Shown: positions 50,918 to 58,035 of the stretch, piece after piece
How the letters are laid out: every line of letters begins with the position of its first letter
Numbering within the stretch: the first letter of the stretch is position 1
DNA from: Octopus bimaculoides
Lineage: Eukaryota
Length of the DNA stretch: 58,035 nt
Assembly (NCBI RefSeq): GCF_001194135.2
Contig: NC_068993.1
Span: 49,386,565 to 49,444,599 of the forward strand
Direction: 5' to 3'
Notes under the pieces: model-generated
The model's input: the letters and a program-made list of their open reading frames with translations, nothing else
Database searches by the model: none
Told to the model about the DNA's origin: nothing
Translations under genes and position numbers: made by a program

Positions 50918-51134
50918 GCTGCAAGCTAGCAAAATCATTAGCTCACTGGACAAAATGCTAAGCGGCATTTCATCCATCTTTATATTCTGAGCTCAATTTC
51001 CACTGAGGTCGAATTCACTTTTCATCCTTTTACAGTCGATAAAATATAAGTACCAGTAGGACACTGGGGTTGATGTAGTCAACTAGTTCCTTCCTCCAAA
51101 ATTTCTAGTTTTGTGCTTATAATAGAAAAGATTA
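50918..51134 (+). mobile_element. SINE family B
   Basis: aaatgctaagcggcattt..tgaggtcgaattcacttttcatcctttt..aagtaccag..ctggggttgatgtagtcaact; homologous to 52959-53185. Confidence 0.88.
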
Positions 51135-51155
51135 ACACACTGGTGTTTCACATCT

Positions 51156-51353
51156 GGCACCAGTGCCAGTGCCACTAAAAAGCACCCACTACACTCTTAG
51201 AGTGGTTGGCGTTAGGAAGGGCATCCAGCTGTAGAAACCAGGCCAAATCAGATTGAAACCTGTTGCAGCTCCCCATCTTATCAGTTTTCAGTCAGCCTGT
51301 CCAACCCATGCCTGCATGGAAAACAGATGTTAAACGATGATGATGATGATGAT
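51156..51353 (+). mobile_element. SINE family A
   Basis: aaaagcacccactacac..ggcgttaggaagggcatccagctgtagaaac..(gat)n; possible TSD cacatct. Confidence 0.9.
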
Positions 51354-52179
51354 ACACATCTAACAAGATGGGACAGTGAGTGTTTGCAGTCAAGAAGACA
51401 AGATGGATTACAGCTTCATAAAGTCAAAGAGCTCCTTAACCTTTTGTTACATATTGTATTTTGTCTCTTATATAACAGATCTTCATTAAAATATTTGTTG
51501 TTATATCTTTGTGTGAATTATTTACATCATAACATATATATAATAACGAAGTGAATATGCCTTTCAATTTTTAATTAGCACCATCATATCTAGAATGCAT
51601 TCAAATGTCCACCCCCTCCACCAAATATAACACTGGATCTGTTACTTGGATTCTTATTGTCTTATTTTGTTGAAGAAAAGAATTTCTTGAATTTTAAATT
51701 TTGCTAATTATGTAGATGATATTATTTGATTATCTAGCTGTTACAGAAAGTCAGCTAATACTAGCAACACAATATTTTCTTATTGATCCCAAGCTGGAAT
51801 AATTTAATATGGAATCAGTTTCATTTTTTTCGTTTTAAATACAACTGCTGACTAATTCATAGTGCTCACACTTCACTTACTCTTTTAAATCACCTCTTCC
51901 TAATAAGACTAATTTACTTATGAATAATAATTTTCATACATATTAGAGTTATTTAATCTTCAAACACCAGATGGTAGCAATTGCATCAGTTCTCACTTGT
52001 TTTTAGCTTTAAAAATTAAAGGTTAAACTTCTGTGTAAAACAGCCTCAATTTCTATGTGAATCTTAGGTGTCTATTTAGGAACTGTTAATTTCATAGATC
52101 TTAGTTAATTGTACATATTTTGTGATTGTCATATTTAAATTAGTAATTATATGGAAATTAAAATTCTCACTGATAGGCA

Positions 52180-52570
52180 CAAGAATGGCTGTGAGGTAAG
52201 AAACTAACTCCACTGCATGGTGCCTTGAGCAAGTAACCCCAGGCTGACCAAAGCTTTGTGAGTGGATTTGGTAGATGGAAACTGAAAGAAGCTTGTTCTC
52301 TATATGTGTGTGTGTGTGTGTATTTGCACTTTACTACCTTCTTACCTTGATATCACCTAATAGTCATAAATGAGCGCCACTGTCATGCAAGCATTGTCAT
52401 TCATTTCCAATCTTCTAAGAAAACACATTTGGTCAAGAATGGGAAATATTCATTTCTTAGGAACAGGTAAGGGTCGGTGACAGAAGAACATCCAACCATA
52501 GAAAATCTGCTTCAACAAGTCCTATCCAACCCATGCAAGCATGGAAAAGTGGACGTTAAAGCAATGATAA
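52180..52570 (+). mobile_element. SINE with family C head, internal (GT)n and family-A-like tail
   Basis: ggatttggtagatggaaactgaaagaagc..(gt)n..atccaaccatagaaaatctgc..ccaacccatgcaagcatggaaaagtggacgttaaa. Confidence 0.8.
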
Positions 52571-52929
52571 TTACTGCTATTCTACTGAAGTGTATTTAAG
52601 AAGCGTGAAGAATTATGAATCCATTTATTATACAATATGATATGTTCATGCAATAGCAGTATTGAGAACACCATTCTGTTAACTCCATTTGAACTGGCAT
52701 CTATCTATAAATCTAAAGTCTCATTGTGCTGTGGAACTGCTTGATCTTATAGTTTGACTGCTGACAAACTGTGTGGTTGAATTGATAGCTTAATTGATAA
52801 AGTATTGAAACTACCTGCTAATGGCTCATAATCTCAAATATGTCACTTCTATTTCATTGTTTCTATGTATGTCGGAAACCTTATTTTAATGGTGGTTCTT
52901 TTGAGTCAAACAAGAGAGTCTCTATGTAG

Positions 52930-53350
52930 TAGTTCAGCCTGCCAGAAATATCAGTCAGTGAGTTGGCAGAAACGTTAGCACGCCGGGCGAAATGCTTAGC
53001 GGTATTTCGTCTGCCGTTACGTTCTGAGTTCAAATACCGCCAAGGTCGACTTTGCCTTTCATCCTTTCGGGGTCGATAAATTAAGTACCAGTTATGCACT
53101 GGGGTCGATCTAATCGACTTAATCCCTTTGCCTGTCTTTGTTTGTCCCCTCTATGTTTAGCCCTTTGTGGGTAATAAAAGAAATAAGAAATACCAGTCAG
53201 AATTCTCTCATATCACACCACATTGACTTAGAAAAAGGATACATTGGAAAATGTGGTACCATGGTACTTTCACATAGGAAAAAGATGGGATGCTCATTGT
53301 TGGTATGTCTTTGATCATATGTAAGCTTAATCAGGTATGTTCGGCATCAG
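52930..53350 (+). mobile_element. Family D repeat split by a family B SINE
   Basis: gttcagcctgccagaaata..cagtcagaattctctcatatcacacc..aaaaaggatacattggaaaatgt..ctttgatcat. Confidence 0.65.
52959..53185 (+). mobile_element. Young family B SINE with 15-bp TSD
   Basis: CpG-rich, B-box-like GAGTTCAAATAC, A-rich tail; TSD AGAAATATCAGTCAG (52944-52958) / AGAAATACCAGTCAG (53186-53200). Confidence 0.95.
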
Positions 53351-54194
53351 ACTATATGCCACAAATCACCTCAATTAACAAGTTTGCCAATTATGTATAT
53401 ATCTTACATTACATCTTATCATTATAAGTATTAAGGTACATAATAATGAAATTTTAAGATGTACTTAATTTCCAAACAAAAACAGTTGTTGCTGAAATGA
53501 TGGCTTGACTGCTTAAAGCACTGAAATACTTATCCATCAGTCACAGTTTCAACTCTGACAGTTGGCATTATGTTAAGCCCCTGAGCATTGTACATTACAC
53601 TCCTTGGCTTAGCATATTTCTCTCAAAATTAATTACCATTTCCACTTCATACTTGAGTGGTTAGCATAAAGCCATTATGAAACCATCTGCTCAAACAATC
53701 CATGTAAATATCTATTTGAAATGTCTTCTGGCCTGTGTTCATATGGGGAACAGATGTTTAAATGTATATAAATAATAATAGCAATAACAACAAATAAAAC
53801 TGGAGTTGGTGAAGCAGAAAAACCGTTTGAGAATCACACAAAATGCTTCCATTATCATTGTTTTTACATCCGTTTTTTTACCATACTGGTGTGTATTGGA
53901 CAAGACTTTGGGTATTTTTCTACAGCTGTGTGCACTTTTTGTCACCACTCCTTGTTTTTTTCAAGCCTTGTATTTAGTTTTGTTACTCTATACCTTAAGT
54001 CCCACTTACTTTGATAATACTCTATAGGGTCAACAAAATAAGTACCAGTAATTCACTGAACAATATACTCATCTTGTTGCTGAACATTAAATCAATATAT
54101 TTATCTCCTTGATATATATTATATATATATGTGTGTATATATGTATGTATGTATGTATGCATGTATATATATATGTATCTATGTATATATATTG

Positions 54195-54410
54195 CCAGTA
54201 CCACCTGACTGGCCTTCGTGCCGGCGGCACGTAAAAGCACCCACTACACTCTCGGAGTGGTTGGCGTTAGGAAGGGCATCCAGCTGTAGAAACTCTGCCA
54301 AATCAGATTAGAGCCTGGTGTAGCCACCTGGTTAACCAGTCCTCAGTCAAACCGTCCAACCCATGCTAGCATGGAAAGCAGACGTTAAGCGATGATGATG
54401 ATGATGATGA
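54195..54410 (+). mobile_element. SINE family A, CpG-retaining copy
   Basis: cgtgccggcggcacgtaaaagcacc..gacgttaagcgatgatgatg. Confidence 0.93.
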
Positions 54411-54974
54411 TAGCAGTTGATAGAGAACTGTAGAGTGTTGCACTAAATGCTTTATTTAAGTTTGTCCCTCTACATTTATTCACGGTTCAAACCCCACCAG
54501 CACTGACTATGTTGCCTTTCATGCTACAGGGGTCAGTAAACCAAGTATTAGTTAAGTTATATAATATGAAGTTGATTCAATCAACTATATTCCTCTTCTA
54601 TAGAAATTGGCCTTATGCCTGGTTCAAAGGAATCAATATTACGCGTTTCCTAATCAAACTAACACGGCAACAGTGTAACTGAAAAGGAAGATCCTCATTA
54701 CAATTAAGTTCCATTAGCACAGCAAAGTTTATTGACAGCTTTCCTTCACTCAACAGCATCCTGTTTGAAGAAATAGTTCTTTCTAGCCATGAATATGTGC
54801 TGTTTGGTTTTGCGCCTCACAATTTGAGGATAATATGATGGTGAAGGACTCAATTTAATTACTAACCTGAGTTGCATGATCTAACTTGTCAGTTCTCAAC
54901 AGGAGCCAAGGAGGAGATACTCTAAATACATGTTTCTAATTGAATTACATTTAAACTGGAGAGAAGCCATTTTG

Positions 54975-55010
54975 TGTATGTATGTACGTATTTGAATATA
55001 TATGTATGTA

Positions 55011-55041
<31 letters not shown>

Positions 55042-55553
55042 NNNNNNNNNNNNNNNNNNNNNNNNNNNNNNNNNNNNNNNNNNNNNNNNNNNNNNNNNNN
55101 NNNNNNNNNNNNNNNNNNNNNNNNNNNNNNNNNNNNNNNNNNNNNNNNNNNNNNNNNNNNNNNNNNNNNNNNNNNNNNNNNNNNNNNNNNNNNNNNNNNN
55201 NNNNNNNNNNNNNNNNNNNNNNNNNNNNNNNNNNNNNNNNNNNNNNNNNNNNNNNNNNNNNNNNNNNNNNNNNNNNNNNNNNNNNNNNNNNNNNNNNNNN
55301 NNNNNNNNNNNNNNNNNNNNNNNNNNNNNNNNNNNNNNNNNNNNNNNNNNNNNNNNNNNNNNNNNNNNNNNNNNNNNNNNNNNNNNNNNNNNNNNNNNNN
55401 NNNNNNNNNNNNNNNNNNNNNNNNNNNNNNNNNNNNNNNNNNNNNNNNNNNNNNNNNNNNNNNNNNNNNNNNNNNNNNNNNNNNNNNNNNNNNNNNNNNN
55501 NNNNNNNNNNNNNNNNNNNNNNNNNNNNNNNNNNNNNNNNNNNNNNNNNNNNN
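54975..55553. other. (TA)n microsatellite plus assembly gap (N 55042-55553)
   Basis: Direct reading. Confidence 1.
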
Positions 55554-55789
55554 TATATATAGGGAGATGGGAGTGCATGTGTGTTCGATTTAAAGTGGTC
55601 CCAAAAGATCAGTGTTGTTGTTGTTTACGGTCTGTCCCTTTATGTCCTGTAACTTAGCGGCTGCTATTAATGAGGTATTTTTGTATGTAATATAATTTTA
55701 ATCTTCGGATTTTTTTTAATATGCTAGACTACTGGTTTTAATTGATTAATATAAATTTCTACCCTCATTAATAAATTTTATATAATAAT

Positions 55790-55990
55790 GTTCTTATACC
55801 GGTAATTAGCTGCAAAAATTTATTAACTGCAGAATTATTTCCGGACTTAGTGCGCCAGATTGAAGACATTTGAAATGATACACCGAATGTAATTTGTAGA
55901 ACTCTACACGTGCTCCCTTTCGGGTGGATGTCTAGTTCTGGAGGTTGCATTGCGAATCGACGGACTACGCTGATGATCCTGCAGATATTT
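55790..55990 (+). mobile_element. Possible Tc1-type transposase C-terminal relic
   Basis: ELFPDLVRQIEDI*NDTPNVICRTL..GCIANR resembles the Tc1 tail DL.RQ.E.IW.EIP.E.IR.L..ACI.ARGG. Confidence 0.33.
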
Positions 55991-56179
55991 ACTTACGTAA
56001 ATTTTAAATTTTAACGTAGGTTAATCGTTTTTTTATTTAGTATTTTTTCATTTGTCTTGCCCTTTTACAGTCTGTTGTGTCGCTGAATTTTTACTGAGAA
56101 CATTTTTTTTTTCGTGGTTAGATGATTCGGCATCTATTTCTAGCATATAGGAGTCCACTCTTGCTGGTCATTCCTCTTA

Positions 56180-57110
56180 TTTTTGTATATATGTAGTTAT
56201 ATATAACCGTATGAGCGTATATAGTTTGATATGTATGTACGTATGTGTAGATGTATGTGTGTGTGCAAGTGTGTGTATGTGTTGTGCGTTGTGTATGTGA
56301 CTATATGAGTGTGTGCATGCATGTGCGTATGAGTATGTGTAGATACATCTATGTGTGGTATGTTTATGTGTGTAAAAAAAAANNNNNNNNNNNNNNNNNN
56401 NNNNNNNNNNNNNNNNNNNNNNNNNNNNNNNNNNNNNNNNNNNNNNNNNNNNNNNNNNNNNNNNNNNNNNNNNNNNNNNNNNNNNNNNNNNNNNNNNNNN
56501 TGTATATGTGTGTGTATATACAACCTTCAACAAAGTAACAGTCATGTATACAACTTGAACTGACGCACATATCAGTACATAAACATACGTTCACATGTAC
56601 ATACATATGTACACACACACAAACACGTCTACACACTTACCCTGTTACTCACGTGCATACTCACATACATACATATATACATACATGCGTATAGGCATGC
56701 ACACATGCATACGCGCACACATGTACACGCACATACATACATACATACACACACACATACATATATATCATGAACTAACTGTTACTTTCTCAGATGCAGC
56801 ACAATTTTGTTAGTGAACAGGTCGCGGTCTCAAAGCGACGAAAATTAAATTTGAATCTGTGAGAAAGCCACTTGTATTTTGTCATGGAGAAAACTTCTCA
56901 CTGTAGACAAACAGGTGTAGATACACCAAGTCAGTTGACAGCTCTCCTAGCCAAGCAAATCACTGGATTCTTGAATTTCAGAGTGGCTATCTCATCTTCA
57001 TACATACATACATACATATATATATACATACATACACACACACACACACAGTGTATGCATGAGAAAACATACATAAAACAAAACATACAAATCTACATGT
57101 ATATATACAT
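56180..57110. repeat. Degenerate (TG)/(CA)/(CATA) tracts, including an assembly gap (N 56383-56500)
   Basis: Direct reading. Confidence 0.9.
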
Positions 57111-57212
57111 ACATACAAAGATACCCTGTTGTTGATATTGAAATTTCAATGAAGGAGCCTTGGATCTAGGTTAGAAACTGATTATTTCTCTATTACCAAG
57201 AAATCTTGAAGT

Positions 57213-57591
57213 TTTAGGAAAGTGGGTTATACATCATTAGATGTACACCTGACTTTCCTATATTAAATTAGAAGTGAACGGAACGCAGAACTCCAAACTG
57301 ATCAACAACAACAATATTTATTTATGGTGGAAAATATACAGCTTCCAATTGTCCGGTTTCTGAGTAGCCTGAATGTAGGTGTACTGTCCCTAGAGTTGAA
57401 TCGTTGGAGAGACAACTTGCTTCTTCCACACTCAATGAGAGCTTGTTTTAGACCGTCTTCCTTGTTCGCTGTTTGACGTGGTAAGAGACAGAATAGAAGC
57501 GGGAACGCTTGGATGTCGAAACCCACGCATGCGTGGTTAAAGATGGAGTAATGGCGACTATGCCTTTTTGGCGCCATATGACGTCACTACA
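57213..57591 (-). mobile_element. Putative solo LTR (Ty3/Gypsy-like), 379 bp
   Basis: 4-bp TSD AAGT (57209-57212 / 57592-57595); ends TTTAG..CTACA (TGTAG..CTACA with one mismatch); minus strand shows promoter motifs, then AATAAA (57322-57317), then a GT-rich stretch. Confidence 0.62.
57523..57586. promoter_or_regulatory. Cluster of promoter motifs: NRF1-like palindrome, two YY1-like cores, CRE
   Basis: CCACGCATGCGTGG 57523-57536; ATGGCG 57551-57556; CGCCAT 57572-57577; TGACGTCA 57579-57586. Confidence 0.55.
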
Positions 57592-57616
57592 AAGTAAAAC
57601 TGAATAATGACATACA

Positions 57617-57651
<35 letters not shown>

Positions 57652-57805
57652 CAGGGGCATGCACTCTCAGGTATACAAGGTATGCGCTGCATGTTCTGTG
57701 ATTTTTTATCCATATTGGAAAATTAGATAAAATAGTAACAATGGTGTACATTCCACTGACTGCTTTTCAGTAATCTACTTTATGTATTGCATGCTCTTCT
57801 GTTTC

Positions 57806-58035
57806 ATCATCATCATCATCATCGTTTAACGTCCGCTTTCCATGCTAGCATGGGTTGGACGATTTGACTGAGGACTGGTGAAACCGGATGGCAACACCAG
57901 GCTCCAATCTAATTTGGCAGAGTTTCTACAGCTGGATGCCCTTCCTAACGCCAACCACTCAGAGAGTGTAGTGGGTGCTTTTACGTGTCACCCGCACGAA
58001 AACGGCCACGCTCGAAATGGTGTCTTTTATGTGCC
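57806..58035 (-). mobile_element. SINE family A, young copy (runs off the window end)
   Basis: (CAT)n tail then cgtttaacgtccgctttccatgctagcatgggttggacg..; CpGs intact. Confidence 0.95.

Larger units (their letters stand above)
57110..57652. mobile_element. Microsatellite-flanked interspersed repeat (family F), split by the LTR-like insert: 57110-57212 and 57592-57652
   Basis: Removing the insert gives ..aagaaatcttgAAGTaaaactgaataatgacatacatac, which matches my recollection of a common Octopus repeat (unverified). Confidence 0.55.

Noticed and set aside
57302-57577. 91-aa ORF MAPKRHSRHY.. as a real first coding exon
   Set aside because: It lies wholly inside the putative solo LTR, has no clear donor site and no recognisable domain
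1-58035. CRISPR array, operon or other prokaryotic or phage defence system
   Set aside because: No regularly spaced repeats with unique spacers and no long gene-dense ORFs; the sequence is eukaryotic repeat-rich DNA

Overview
This is AT-rich eukaryotic genomic DNA, not prokaryotic, and contains no CRISPR array, rRNA or bona fide tRNA gene. The SINE families, dense microsatellites and five N-gaps suggest an Octopus (coleoid cephalopod) draft scaffold; that is an inference from recalled repeat families, not a database result. Most of the window is repeat-derived: several tRNA-headed and (GAT)n-tailed SINE families, RTE-clade LINE relics, and decayed hAT, mariner, piggyBac and possibly Tc1 and Penelope elements. 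Nearly all ORFs in the supplied track are microsatellite or N-gap artefacts, or transposon debris. Strong CpG depletion up to about 54.5 kb, an excess of T-runs on the + strand and mostly antisense LINE relics suggest the window lies largely inside introns of a + strand gene. I can only offer low-confidence candidate exons and cannot name the gene. The best new observation is a 379-bp promoter-like segment (57213-57591) that looks like a solo LTR: 4-bp target-site duplication, TGTAG..CTACA-type ends, and CRE/YY1/NRF1-like motifs followed by AATAAA. Other leads are a CpG-decay boundary, a pre-miRNA-like hairpin (29381-29443), nested and chimeric SINE insertions, and candidate microexons. I found no convincing evidence of a wholly new multi-gene system. 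Family labels A-F are my own working names, and most repeat boundaries are approximate.
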